Notes: generated by a model from the sequence alone, not told the origin. Positions 29,201 through 42,769 are shown, counted from the first letter of the stretch. The stretch: 64,000 nt of DNA from the human T2T-CHM13v2.0 reference genome, Homo sapiens (GCF_009914755.1 NC_060928.1); one strand, 5' to 3'. Numbers and translations: made by a program.

Positions 29201-29340
29201 ATTTACAATAGCTATAAAAAATAGGAGAAAATTTAATCAAAAGAGGTGAAATATCTCTACACATAAACCTATAAAACATTGATAAAATAAGTTATAAAAG
29301 ACACACACAAAAACTGGAAGATACCTCATGTTCATGGACA
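26230..29340 (+). mobile_element. L1M (L1MA-age) inter-ORF region and 5' two-thirds of ORF2, interrupted by an Alu
   Basis: Endonuclease start cctatcaataattaccttaaatgtaat; RT-region motifs gatgcagaaaaagcatttggcaaaattcaacatc and ccctgtttgcaaggacatgatc. Confidence 0.9.
27510..27805 (+). mobile_element. Alu SINE (AluS)
   Basis: Full dimer; 16-bp TSD aaaaagagagcttgaa (27494-27509) / aaaaagagatcttgaa (27801-27816). Confidence 0.97.
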
Positions 29341-30439
29341 AAGAAGTACTCATGGTGATACCAGAAAATATGCTTATGATAAGTTAAAAAGAACATGTTT
29401 TTAGATTCTTATAATAATTGGTTTGCTACCACATGGTTGTTTGAGGAAACGTTAGGGGAAAGGTAACATAACCACCATGTAGAAAGAGGTTACTGAATGA
29501 AAGAGATATCTAACAATCCTCTTGACATCTCTTGGATGCTGTTGGTCATACTACCTTTATCTTAAATGTCTGTTGCAGAAAGATTAAGATACTTCAGAAT
29601 GTTGGATGCCAATTTAGAGAAGTTGGGAATTTTCCTCATTCCTTTCCCCTGATGTTTTACTTTCTATTTGGTCTAAAATAGTTCATAATTTTAAGCCGGG
29701 ATTGTTATTACTTGAATTTATTAATGGCAAGCATTTTGATTAAACTATCTTGACTGGTTATCTCATGGTTAATTTTATTATACTTCAAACTCTTTTTACT
29801 TGACTTCCACTGGGGAAATATATTTATATTAGTATGGGCCTTTATGTCTGAAAGAACATCTTTCTGTTTTCCTGCTATAAGAACCTATGCATATTGGAAT
29901 GTTTTCATATTATAGATTCTTTAAAAACAGACATAGAATTTTTTTTCCTTAAAATAAACATGGAATAAATAGAAGGTATGGGATACTAGAAAATATTATA
30001 AACTCAGGACATTCTATCATATGTATTTATATGTATGTTTTATTTTACATGTTATTATATACTATCTATATTTATAGAATGGAAACTAAATAAGAAATAT
30101 AATGGGTTTTATATCTTTAACTTTTTAATTTATTCTACTATCTTATCTAAAATATTTTATTTTGTGAATGTTGTCTATCAAACATGTAAATATTTGGATT
30201 TAGCAATAGAAAATCACTATAGAAATCTGGAAGTCAATACTCATAGCTTATGTACCACACACACATACATACACTCTTGCCATGACATTTTAATTCCATA
30301 AAATCTAAAGTGAGTATAGGAACTTATCTTTTTGAGTTAGGAATTTGGCAATCAAAAATTCAATGGAGGGTAAAAACACGTAAGTTTTTATTAATTTGAA
30401 CATCAATATTTCAAGTGATATTTGGGGGAGCATCATGAA

Positions 30440-30565
30440 ATAGGGAGGCAGTTTAATAGCTGAGGAAGATTGCTACTATAGATAGTTTTAACTCTGCCAT
30501 TTGACAACTTCGTGAAATTAAACAAAGTACTTTGCCCTATCTTGCTTTATTTTCCATATCTCTAT
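30440..30565 (+). mobile_element. MIR fragment
   Basis: ggaggcagtttaatag...actctgccatttgacaacttcgtgaaattaaacaaagtactt. Confidence 0.5.
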
Positions 30566-32119
30566 GAACCTTAGTTACTAGTTTGTTACAAACCAAAGAT
30601 CAAATCAATATGAAGTGTTATTTGCTAAAATAATGAATGAGTTTGTTGGTTAAAACCTGCATGGAACTTCCTCCTGTTGTCTGCTGATCTGCTGAAGATA
30701 AGGCGATTTCTTGCAGGTGCCTGCTAATGAGTGGTAGGAGAGCTTCTTTTGGTTTGCTGTTATGGTGAGAGAATAGCTTTGGGATTCCACATTTATGCCA
30801 AATATATCCCCACTCCATAGGCCATACCAAACCTATTCTAGGTTTCATTTCTGGTGCTTTGTTTCTAAAGCAGAAAAGCCTAAAGTTCAACTTCCTCCAG
30901 TTGAGAAAATATACTCACAGTAAAGTCACCTTCTGGAGAAATTTAATTCTTTGGAATTTGTTTTTATTTGCATTTGGGCCAGGAGATTATATTTTATCAT
31001 CTCTTTATTTCATTTATTTTACTCATGTATGTTTAGTGTTTTTTAATGAAAGAGGCAGACCATACCTAGTCAACAATATTTTATCGCCCATAAGCAAAGC
31101 AATCTCCCATCCATATTCCTAGAAACTGGAGGCTTTGTATATGTTTTAAATTTTATTTTATGTTCTAAATAACAAATGTGTTTTGAGAGTTATATATGGC
31201 TTCCTATTTTAAAGTATAAGATATCTAAGTCGGATAAAGTTATAAGCCAAATAATACTTCCTATCTCAGGTGATGTGTGAACTCTGTTTGGAAGGAAGAC
31301 CATAATTTACAAGCTGAAGCAATGGAAAATGGCAGAGAAAATAGTAAAGTCAAAGTTAAAGGCAAGTGGCCCTGTCCCCACAGCCACCACTGCATATGGA
31401 TACTGGCAGCCCTTCCGTCTGTGCATCACCAATGCTGAACAGTGCAAATGCGTGCACAGAGGCTGACAGCCCTGAGCCTGCCAGCACCCCACTACTGTCA
31501 TGCTGCCACTGCTACCAGTGCAAGCACGCACAGGAATGCCATAGCCCTATTCCCACTAGTACCCTGTCCTAGCCAATGTGTGTGCACCTCACCACACTGC
31601 CAAGCTGCTGGCACACATGAGTGAGCATGAATACCACTGTTGCTGTACCAGTGAAGCACTTTGACTGGCATCACACATTAGAGTGTTGTGGCCAGCAAAC
31701 TGGGAACAACTCAGCCCCTCTAGTGCAGCAGGCTCCTAACCTCGAGGGGTCAGAGAACAAAGCCAGGGGCCTAGTCCCCATCCCCTGAGTTACAGCACAC
31801 CGTCCAGGAGTGATAATCTGAACCTTGGCTCCCTAAAATCTTCTAGAAACAAAAGTTAAGAGTCAACTGAACCCACATTACACCACAATAAAATCACCAA
31901 GGGCATCAAAGAAAATAAAAGCAAAAAAAAAAGAAAAACATTCAAAAGACAGAAACGTCAATGATTGAAAGAACATCAGCACACACAGATAAGAAAGAAC
32001 CTGTGCAAGAACTCTAGCAAATCAAAAAGCCAGAGTGTCTTCTCACCTACAAATGACCACACTAGGTCCCTGGCAATGGGTCTTAATCAGTCTGAAATGA
32101 CAGAAATAGAATTCAGAAT

Positions 32120-32446
<327 letters not shown>

Positions 32447-32629
32447 AGAATTCAGAATACTGATAGAAATGAAGATCATTGAAATTCAGGGGAATTTCAA
32501 AGCCCAGTGCAAGGAATCTAATGAATATAATAAAACAATACAGAAGATGAAAGACGAAAAGGCCATTTTGAGAAAGAAGTAAACTGATCTGACAGAGCTG
32601 AAAAACTTACTTCAAAAATTTTATAATAA

Positions 32630-32914
32630 GAGCCAGGCATGGTGGCTCATGCCTGTAATTCCAGCACTTTGGGAGGCCAAGGTGGGTGAATCACTTTAGC
32701 TCAGGAGTTTGGTAACAGCCTGGGTAACATGGTGAAACCTTGTCTCTACAAAAAATATATAAGAATTAGCCAGGCGTAGTGCTGTGCATCTGTAGTCCCA
32801 GCTACTTAGGGGGTAGATAGCTGAGCCCAGGAGGTTGAGGCTGCAGTGAGCCATGATCACATCACTGCACTCCAGCCTGAGCAACACAGTGAGACCTTGT
32901 CTCAAAAAAAAAAA
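32630..32914 (+). mobile_element. Alu SINE (AluJ)
   Basis: gagcccaggaggttgaggctgcagtgagccatgatc; TSD aaaaattttataata (32614-32628) / aagaattttataata (32913-32927). Confidence 0.95.
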
Positions 32915-33337
32915 GAATTTTATAATATAATAACAAATATTAACAGCAGAATCAACCAAGTCAAGGAAAGGATCTCAGAGCTCGAAGACTGGATCTCCAA
33001 AATAACTCAGTAAGAAAAAAAAATTGTAAAAAAATAATAAAGAATGAACGAAACCTTGGAGAAAAATGAGATTATATAAATCAACCAAATCTCTGACTGA
33101 TGCATTGCCATCCCTGAATGAGAAGTAAAGACAGCAAGCAACATAAAATACATATTTGAGGATATCGCCCATGAAAATTTCCCAAACTTCACTAGAGAGG
33201 CCAACATTCAAATTCAGGAAATGCAGAGATCCCCAACAAGATCATGTACAAGTTGGTACTCTCCAAGACACATAGTCATCAGATTCTTCAAGATGAAATG
33301 AAAGAAAAAAAGTGTTAAAGGCAGCTAAAGAGAAAGG

Positions 33338-33398
33338 GCCATTGCACTTCAGCCTAGGCAACAAGAGAGAAACTCCTTCAAAAAAAAAAAAAAAAAAA
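33338..33398 (+). mobile_element. Severely 5'-truncated Alu tail (AluSq/Sp-like) with poly-A
   Basis: gccattgcacttcagcctaggcaacaagagagaaactcc followed by an A-tract; no TSD. Confidence 0.88.
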
Positions 33399-36300
33399 GG
33401 AAATTCCAACTCAAAATTTCATATCCAGCCAAACTAGGCTTCATATGTGAAGGAGAAATAAGATCCTTTTCAGAAAAGCAAATGCTAAGGGAATTTGTTA
33501 CCACCAGACGTGCTTAACAAGAGGTCCTTAAGGAAGTGCTAAACATGGAAATGAAAGACAGTTAACTGCTACCACAAAAGCACACTTAATTACATACCCT
33601 ATTTACAATATAAAGCAACCACACAATCAAGTCTGTGTAATAACCAGCTAACAATATGATGACAGAATCAAAACTGCACATATAAATATTAACCGAATGT
33701 AAATGGCAATTGAAAGGCACAGAGTGGCAAATTGAATGTAAATGGCCAATTAAAAGGCACAGAGTGGCAAGTTGGATAATGAAGCAATACCTAACTGCAT
33801 GCTGTCTTCAAGAGACACATCTCACATTCAATGACATCCATAGGCTCGAAATAAAGGGATGGAGAAATATCTACCAAGCAAAGGAATAATAGACAAAAGC
33901 AAGGGTTGCTATTCTAATTTCAGACAAGACAGACTTTAAACCAACAACAATATAAAAAGACTAAGAAGGGCATTACTTAATGGTGAAGGGTTCAATTCAA
34001 CAAGAAGACATAATTATAGTAAATATATATGAACCTAACATAGCAGCACTGAGATTCATAAAGCAAGATTCGCACATAATAATAGCAAAAGACTTTGACA
34101 CCCCACTGACAGTACTAGACAAATAATTGAGGCAGAAAATTTAAAAAGATATTCATGATCTGAAACTGACATCTGACCAAATGCCCCTAACGGATATCTG
34201 CAGAACACTCCACTCAAAAACAGAATATACAATCTTCTCATTTGCACATGGCACACAATCTAAAATCAACAACATTGGCCATAAAACAATTAAAAAATAA
34301 AAACAAAATCACACCAACCACATACTTAGATCATAGTTCAATAAAAATAGAAATCAATACTAATAAGATATCTCAACACCATAGAATTAAATGGAAATTA
34401 AACAATCAACTGCTGAATGACTTTGGAGTAAGTGATGAAATTAAGGCAGAAATCAAGAAATTATTTGAAACTAGGAGAACAAAGACAAACGTGCCACAGT
34501 CTCTGAGATTCAGCTAAGGCAATGTTAGGAGGAAAGTTAATAGTGTTTAATGCCCATATCAAAAGGTTAGGAAGATCTCAAATTAACAACCTACCATCAC
34601 ATCTAAGGAAACTAGAGTAACAACCACCAACCAACCCTAAAGCTAGCAGAAGACAAGAAATAACCAAAATCAGAGCTTAATTAAGTGAAATTGAGATGCA
34701 AAATAGATAAAAGATAAATAAATCCAGAAACAGGCTTTTTGAAAGAATAAATGTCTCTTTTTTTATTAGTCTAGCTAGTTATCTATTACACTACCTATCA
34801 CTAGCTAGACTAATAAAAAAAGAGAGAATATCCAAATAAACACAATTGCCAATGACAAAATGAAGAAGAGACTACTATGAACAACTCTGCACACAAACTG
34901 AAAAAAAGCTAGAAAAAATGGATAAATTCCTGGAAACATACCACCTCCAAAGATTGAACCAGGAGGAAATAGAATCCCTGAACAGACGAATAATGAGTTC
35001 AGAAATTGAATCAATAATGAAAAGCCTACCAACTAGACAAAGTCCAGAACCACATGGATACACAGCTGAATCCTACCAGCTGTATAAAGTAGAATTGATA
35101 CCATTATCGCTGAAAGTATTCCAAAAAATTGAAGAGGAGGGACTCCTCTCTAACTTATTCTATGAGGTCAACATCATCATGAACAAAAACCTGGCAGAGA
35201 CACACACAAACAAAACTTCGGGCCAATATCTTTGATGAATATAGATGCAAAAATCCTCAACAAAATATTAGCAAACCAAATCCAGCAGCATATTGAAAAG
35301 CTAATCCACCACAATCAAGTAGGCTTTAGCCTTGGTAATGCAAGGTTGGTTCAATGTACACAAACCAATAAACATGATTTATCACATGAACAGAACTAAA
35401 GACAAAACCATACAATCATCCAAATAGATGCAGAAAAGGCTTTCAACAAAATCCAACATTCCTTCATGTTAAAAATCCTCAACAAACTAGACAAAAACAT
35501 TGACAAAACATACCTCAGAATACTAAGAGCCATCTATGCTAATCCCACAGCCAACATCATACTAAATAAGCAAAAGCTGGAAGCATTCCCTCGAGAACAG
35601 GAGCATGATAAGAATATCCACTCTCGCCACTCCTATTTAACATAGTATTAGAAGTCCTAGACAGAGCAATCAGGCAAGAGAAAGAAATAAAAGGCATAAA
35701 AGTGGGAAGAGAGAAAATCAAACTCTCTCTCTGTTTGCAGATGATGTGATGATTCTATACCTAGAAAACCCCATAGTCTCTGCCCAAATGCTCCTAGATC
35801 TGATAAATAACTTCAGCAAAGTTTCAGGATACAAAAGCAATGTATATATATCAGTAGCATTTCTATACATCAACAATATCCATGCTGAGAGCCAAATCAA
35901 GAACACAATCCCATTAACAATAGCCAGAAAATAAAGAATAAAATATTTAAAAGTATAGCTAACTAGGGAGGTAAAAAAAATCTAGTTACAAGACACTGCT
36001 CAACCATTTGTTCTTCAAAAAAGTTGACAAAAATAAGCAATGGAGAAAGGACTTCTAACCCTAACTCTATTCAATAAATGGTTCTGGAATAACTGACTGA
36101 AGAGTAAAACTGGACCCCTTCTTTACACTATATACAAATATCAACTCATGGTGGATTATAGACTTAATTGTAAAACTTAAACTATAAAAATCCTGAAAGA
36201 TAACCTAGGAAATACCATTCTGGACATAGGACCTGGCAAAGATTTCATGATGAAGATGCCAAACGCAACTGCAACAAAAACAAAAATTGACAAATGGGAC

Positions 36301-37526
36301 CTAATTAAGCTGAATAGCTTCTTCACTGCAAAAGGAACTATCAGCAAAGTAAACAGACAACCTACAGAATTAGAGAAAATATTTGCAGACTATGTATCTG
36401 ACAAAGTTCTAATATCCAAAATCTATAAGTAACTTAAATTAATAAGCAAAAAGCAAACAACCCCATTAAAATGTGGGCAAAGAACATGAACAGACACTTT
36501 TCAACAGAAGACATACATGTGGCCAAAAAGCATAGGAAAAATTTCTCAGCATCACTAATCATCAGAGATATGCAAATCAAAACCACAGTGAGATACCATC
36601 TCATACTAGTTAGAATAGCCATTATCAAAAAGTCCAAAAACAGATACTGGTGAGCTTGTAGAGACAAGGGAATGCTTATACACTGTTCTTGGGAATGTAA
36701 ATTAGGTCAGCCATTGTAGAAAGCAGTGTGGCAATTTCTCAAAGAAGTTAAAACATAATTGCCAGTCAACCCAGACATCTCATTATTGGATATATACCCA
36801 AAGGAACATGAATTGTTCTATCGTAAAGACACATCCATGCATATGTTCATCACAGCACTATTCACAATAGCAAAGACCTAGAATCAACTTAGATGCCAAT
36901 CAATGGTAGACTGAATAAAGAAAATGTGGTACATATACACCACAGAATACTATGAAGCCATGAAAAAGAATGAGATCATGTCTTTGCAGCACTTAGATGT
37001 AGCTGTAGGCCATTATCCCAAGCAAATTAATGCAGAAACAGAAAACCAATTGCTGCATGTCCTTACTTATAAGTGGAAGCTAAACACTGAGCACACATGG
37101 ACACAAAGAATGGAACGACAGACACCAGGACCTACTTGAAGATGGAGGCTGTGAGGAAGGTGAGAATTGAAAAGCTACCTATTGGGTAATATGCTTATTA
37201 CCTGTGTGACAAAATAATCTGTACACAAAACCCCCATGACACAGAGTCTATCTGTATAATGAACCTGCACATGGACCCCTGAACCTAAAATAAAAGTCGA
37301 AAAAAATTTTAAATAAAGTTAAAGGAATCTTTCAATAAACTATTTTCTTAGAAATGAGAAATAATTGATCCCTTAAATGATCCAATATCATAAATGGGTC
37401 TACATTTTAAGATAATACAGTTAAAAACTACTAAAATATTTTCATATATTTAGTAAATATTTGTATTGCTCCAGACAAAATTTTAGGAATTCTGAATGTG
37501 TGCTAAATAACATTCCTTATCTCATG

Positions 37527-37627
37527 ATTTTTTTTTATTTTTGGCAATAAAAATTGTATATATTTACAGTGTACACATAATATTCTGATATATGTATACA
37601 TTGTGAAATGGTTACAACTAGGCTAAT
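37527..37627 (-). mobile_element. L1MA extreme 3' end fragment
   Basis: aattgtatatatttacagtgtacac...gatatatgtatacattgtgaaatgg. Confidence 0.7.
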
Positions 37628-37684
37628 GTATATCTGATAATAAATATAACTAGACACCAAAAAAAATTTTTTTAATTAAGTTGA

Positions 37685-38865
37685 ATTATTTATTTACCTT
37701 ATTTACAAATGTATACTGCTTATCCAGTAACTCCCAAGCATTAAGGCATATGATTGTAAAAAGGAAAGACAAGCCTCCTCGCAGAATTCATAGTCAATTA
37801 GGGAAGACAGACAATAGACTTAGAGAAGTGTTTTGATGGGGAAGTATAGCATGCTATAAGAACAATTACAGAAGCTCCTAACCAGTCTAAGACTCTGAGA
37901 AATGATTCTTAAAAGGTAATATATAAAATGTAATCTTAAGAGTGAGTAGCAGTTAGGTGCTGAAAAGGGACTGGTGAAATGGTAACCATATACAGAACAG
38001 CTGTAAGCAAAATATCAGCATGCTTATACCAGGAAATACAAGAAATGTTTAGTTTATCTGGAGCACAAATTGAAAGAGGAGAAAATAAACTGAACAGGAA
38101 ATCTCAGGCCAAATGATTTAGGACTTTGCATGTCATGTTAATGGCTGGAGTTTTACGTTAAGCACAATGAAATGTTTTTAAATCATTTTGATTCAAGAGG
38201 GGAAATGATCAGTTTGCATTTTTCAAAGATCACTTGAGTTTAATGTCAGATATCAATTGGAAAGTATATATATATATGAGAAAGATGCCTAGTTATGAAG
38301 TTGCTGAGGTCAAGTTATGAAGCTGATGGTCAAGTTAAGAGATGGGTGTTGGCACTGGAGGTAGATAAAATTGGAATGGTTTCAGGGCTATATACAGCAA
38401 GAATAAATTAGATTTGGTTGCCAAATGGAAGTAAGGTTGAGAAAGGCAGGGTAAAACTAACTCAGACTATAAATGAAGAGATTAACTGAATAAGAAGTAA
38501 TTCCTCTTCCATTTAAATGAGTGTTAATTTTAAATGTTGATAGAGGTAATCAAGGTGAAAATGTAAGCCTGTTGGCAGTAACTACTACTATGTTAAGTTG
38601 TTTCTAATTTTTTAGGGAAGCATGGGGGGCACTGTGGCAGTTAAGAGGCTGAAAGTATAAGGACAATAATGAAGAATCACAAACTAATGAAAGTGCTGTT
38701 GACATAAATGACACTGTATTCTCAGGCAATGTTAAGAAAAAAATAAACTATATTTTCCAGTGGTGCCAGTTTAACAAGCTGAGTGATTTTCTCCAGGGAA
38801 TTAGGCTGTAATTTTACCAGGCTGGTGGAACCAGAGCAAGAGTATTTCAGGGCTACAGTGATTGA
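37685..38865 (-). mobile_element. L2 (antisense), long fragment
   Basis: gaattcatagtcaattagggaagacagac, aggggaaatgatcagtttgcatttttcaaagatcact, ggcactggaggtagataaaattgg. Confidence 0.7.
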
Positions 38866-38871
38866 AGTAAC

Positions 38872-38934
38872 CTGACTAACCTCTCTGGTTTCTGGCAGGA
38901 CTGTCTCATGTCTCAGTCTTAGCACAAAAGTCCT
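38872..38934. mobile_element. Possible half of a hAT MITE (MER81-like)
   Basis: tgactaacctctctggtttctggcaggactgtctc...ttagcacaaaagtcc resembles the recalled MER81 left half. Confidence 0.4.
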
Positions 38935-40419
38935 GAGCCTGCATTGCCAAGACAATCCTAAGCCAAAAGAACAAAGCTGGAGGCATCACACTACCTGACT
39001 TCAAACTATACCACAAGGTTACAGTAACCAAAACAGCATGGTACTCGTACCAAAACATAGATATAGACCAATGGAATAGAACAGAGCCCTCAGAAATAAT
39101 ACCACACATCTACAACTATCTCATCTTTGACAAACCTGACAAAAACAAGAAATGGGGAAAGCATTCCCTATTTAATAAACGGTGCTGGGAAAACTGGCTA
39201 GCCATATGGAGAAAGCTGAAACCGGATCCCTTCCTTACACCTTATACAAAAATTAATTCAAGATGGATTAAAGACTTAAATGTTAGACCTAAAACCATAA
39301 AAACCCTAGAAGAAAACCTAGGCAATACTGTTCAGGACATAGGCATGGGCAAGGACTTCATGTCTAAAACACCAAAAGCAATGGCAACAAAAGCCAAAAT
39401 TGACAAATGGGATCTAAGTAAACTAAAGAGCTTTTGCACAGCAAAAGAAACTACCCCACAGTGAACAGGCAACCTACAGAATGGGAGAAAATGTTTGCAA
39501 TCTACTCATCTGACAAAGGGCTAATATCCAGAATCTACAATGAACTCAAACAAATTTACAAGAAAAAAACAAACAACCCCATCAAAAAGTGAGCTAAGGA
39601 TATGAACAGACACTTCTCAAAAGAAGACATTTATGTCGCCAAAAAACACATGAAACAATGCTCATCATCACTGGCCATCAGATAAATGCAAATCAAAACC
39701 ACAATGAGATACCATCTCACACCAGTTAGAATGGCGATCATTAAAAAGTCAGGAAACAACAGGTGCTGGAGAGGATGTGGAGAAATAGGAACACTTTTAC
39801 ACTGTTGATGGGACTGTAAACTAGTTCAACCATTGTGGAAGTCAGTGTGGCGATTCCTCAGGGATCTAGAACTAGAAATACCATTTGATCCAGCAATCCC
39901 ATTATTAGGTATGTACCCAAAGGATTATAAATCATGCTGCTCTAAAGACACATGCACACGTATGTTTATTGTGGCACTATTCACAATAGCAAAGACTTGG
40001 AACAAAGCCAAATGTCCAACAATGATAGACTGGATTGAGAAAATGTGGCACATATATACCATGGAATACTATGAAGCCATAAAAAATGATGAGTTCATGT
40101 CCTTTGTAGGGACATGGATGAAATTGGAAACCATCATTCTCAGCAAACTATCGCAAGGACAATAAACCAAACACTGCATATTCTCACTCATAGGTGGGAA
40201 TTGAACAATGAGAACACATGGACACAGGAAGGGGAACATCACACACTGTGGGGGGAGGGGGGAGGGATAGCATTAGGAGATATACCTAATGTTAAATGAC
40301 GAGTTAATGGGTGCAGCACACCAACATGGCACATGTATACATATGTAACTAACCTGCACGTTGTGCACATGTACCCTAAAACTTAAAGTATAATTAAAAA
40401 AAAAGAAAAGAAAGAAAAA
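38935..40419 (+). mobile_element. 5'-truncated young L1PA (L1PA4/5-like), the youngest L1 in the window
   Basis: High similarity to the modern L1 ORF2 C-terminus (LWKSVWRFLRDLELEIPFDPAIPLLG...METIILSKLSQ-like) and 3'UTR; poly-A; no TSD seen. Confidence 0.96.
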
Positions 40420-40424
40420 ATCTA

Positions 40425-41040
40425 TTATAGCAGGGTAGAGAGCTCTAGATGAAATTAAAGGCATAAATGGACTTGAGGACCCAACATGACAGAGAAAAAA
40501 AAATTAGGAGGCAAATAAGAGAGAAAGTTGCTAGGAAGTGAGATTTAAAGGGTCTGAATTTAATATTCGTTAGTCCTGCTGTTGCAGGTGCTAAAGTCTA
40601 AAGAGTAGGAAACTAAAACGTGTTATGAAGATAAGCTGTTGGAGATGAGAACGTGAAGGACCTGAAAAGCCATATTGTTGGACTGGGTTTCTACAATTAG
40701 TATTAATAATGCATCCCATGGGACAACATTTTCAATAAAATGTTAGATACTATGGATGTGTAAGGGTAAAGGCATTTATCCTAATGGCATGAGCTCTAAA
40801 GGGGCAAAGTGGGTTTTCTTTTCTTTTCTTTTTTTTCATTTTAAAAAATAGATCAAGGAATAACAACACGGAAACACTGAGGAAGTGAAAAGAACATTTA
40901 CCATAGTTTTGTGCAGTGATGTGTAGTCAGAGTGTAAGACAACAAATTCTACCTGGAAGGGAGTCAAGGAAGTAGTGTCTTCAGGATAGGATCAGGTTTT
41001 GTTAATATAAGAAATATAAGAAATGTTCATTGAAGAGACT
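40425..41040 (-). mobile_element. L2 fragment
   Basis: Purine-rich degenerate sequence (ggagatgagaacgtgaaggacctga, caggataggatcaggttttgtt). Confidence 0.45.
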
Positions 41041-41304
41041 TCATTAATCCTTAAAAAGTGGTTTTTAGAGACAAATAAGAATGCTATTCCACTTGTAACC
41101 AGACCATAAATTTTTCCTTCACATTTTTTCAATCATGGATATATACTAAATTTTGACAGGAGAAATATTAACTATCCGAGTTTTAACACTTTATAATGAA
41201 AAAAAGACCCTATAATTTATTCACTTTGTTTTTCAAATTAAAATCAAATCTCATTTCAACTACTATATGAGAAAATACATTGAGAAAGCAGGTTTACATG
41301 GCAA

Positions 41305-41851
41305 TGTTAAATTATAGCCCCAGATGACAGAAAAAATAGACTCTCATGGCTAATGGAGATGTTCAAAGTGAAAACAGAATCAGGCAGCCATGGCTGGGTG
41401 AGAGAACGGTCACATACTCTGTGTTCTTGGAAAGATGTTGTAAAGGTGCTACAGAAATTCTCTTTCAACAATCAAACCAAACCAGTCCCTGTAGTTGGTG
41501 CCAAGATAAACTGTGGCTGGACTCCCTCTACCCAGTCCACCACTGAAACTGGTCATTTGAAAGAAACTTCTGACAGAGACACCTGGTTTTGAGCTTGGAA
41601 ACCACCCAGTCAGAGCTTGACTATTTTGACCAATCAGAACTAAACAAGTTTGAAACTTGCATTTGCATAAATTGTCCTCAGTGAAAACCTGGGTGAGAAT
41701 TTTCTCTATTTAAGATAGCCGCTTTCTTTGTTCTTCAGAGAGCACATTTTCATTGTATTGAAGGCTGTGCTTTCCCAATCTGCAAATTTTGTTTTAATAG
41801 AAAATAAACTCTTAATTTTTCCTCCATAGAGTTCTTGGTCTTCTGTTAACA
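41305..41851 (+). mobile_element. ERV1 solo LTR (MER67-like)
   Basis: TGTTAA...TTAACA termini; CCAAT at 41630, ATTTGCAT at 41661, aataaa near the 3' end. Confidence 0.72.
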
Positions 41852-42769
41852 AAGTACCATAAGGTATAAAACATGTGACCATCACAAGTCTGATGGTGAT
41901 ATAATTGACTGAATATGAACAGACACAGGTAAAGTGTACATCTTACCTCTGTGAACCACAAACAGAGCCGTCTCCTAGTCAGAACTATGTTTCCCTGGCC
42001 TTTGAATCCTCACAAATCCTGTCAGGTTCCAATAGTAACCTCTACTCTTTGGGTATAAGTAAAAAATATTACACTCAGCATGTTCCTGGGTATGCACTAT
42101 AAGGTCAAGTGCATCAAAAATAATGTTTTTCCCCTTGCTACCCAGGGTTCAGCCTGCTGGGGGTATCTTATTGCTTAAATTACAAACACATTATTTATTA
42201 TTAGAAAATGAGGATATATTTATCTACTGAGCTTTAACAAAATAAATGGCAGATGTGGAATATTCTATATATCTTGATTTTAGTTAAATAGGAAGAAATT
42301 TTTAAAAGTTACGAGTTTTTATTTTGTGATTTAATATAAGAAAATATAAATGTAAATTATGCTGATGATATTTGGATATAAAATACTTCTCCAAGTTTCT
42401 ACTAATAATTTAACAATTTTAAAATTCGGCATATAATGTTGAACTTGATAAAACCTAAATTTTAAATATATGAATTTCTTTAAAAATGGAATCTTCAGAA
42501 GTTTGGAATTATTCTAATTTGCAAACAAATATTCTGACAAAAAATTAATGCTGAAATGTTAATGATATATTTGTAGTCTAACAAATTGCAGATCATTATA
42601 AAGAAATGAATTTACTTAGCATATTTGTCCAAAATGCTTTCTACAAGCCCTCAATATTTCTATAAATTTTAGAATTAGCATTACAAAGAAATTCTAGAAA
42701 CAATACTCTGTTATGGTCACAGTTACTAAAAACAAACAAAAACCAAAACAATTCTAATTCAGAAGCCTT

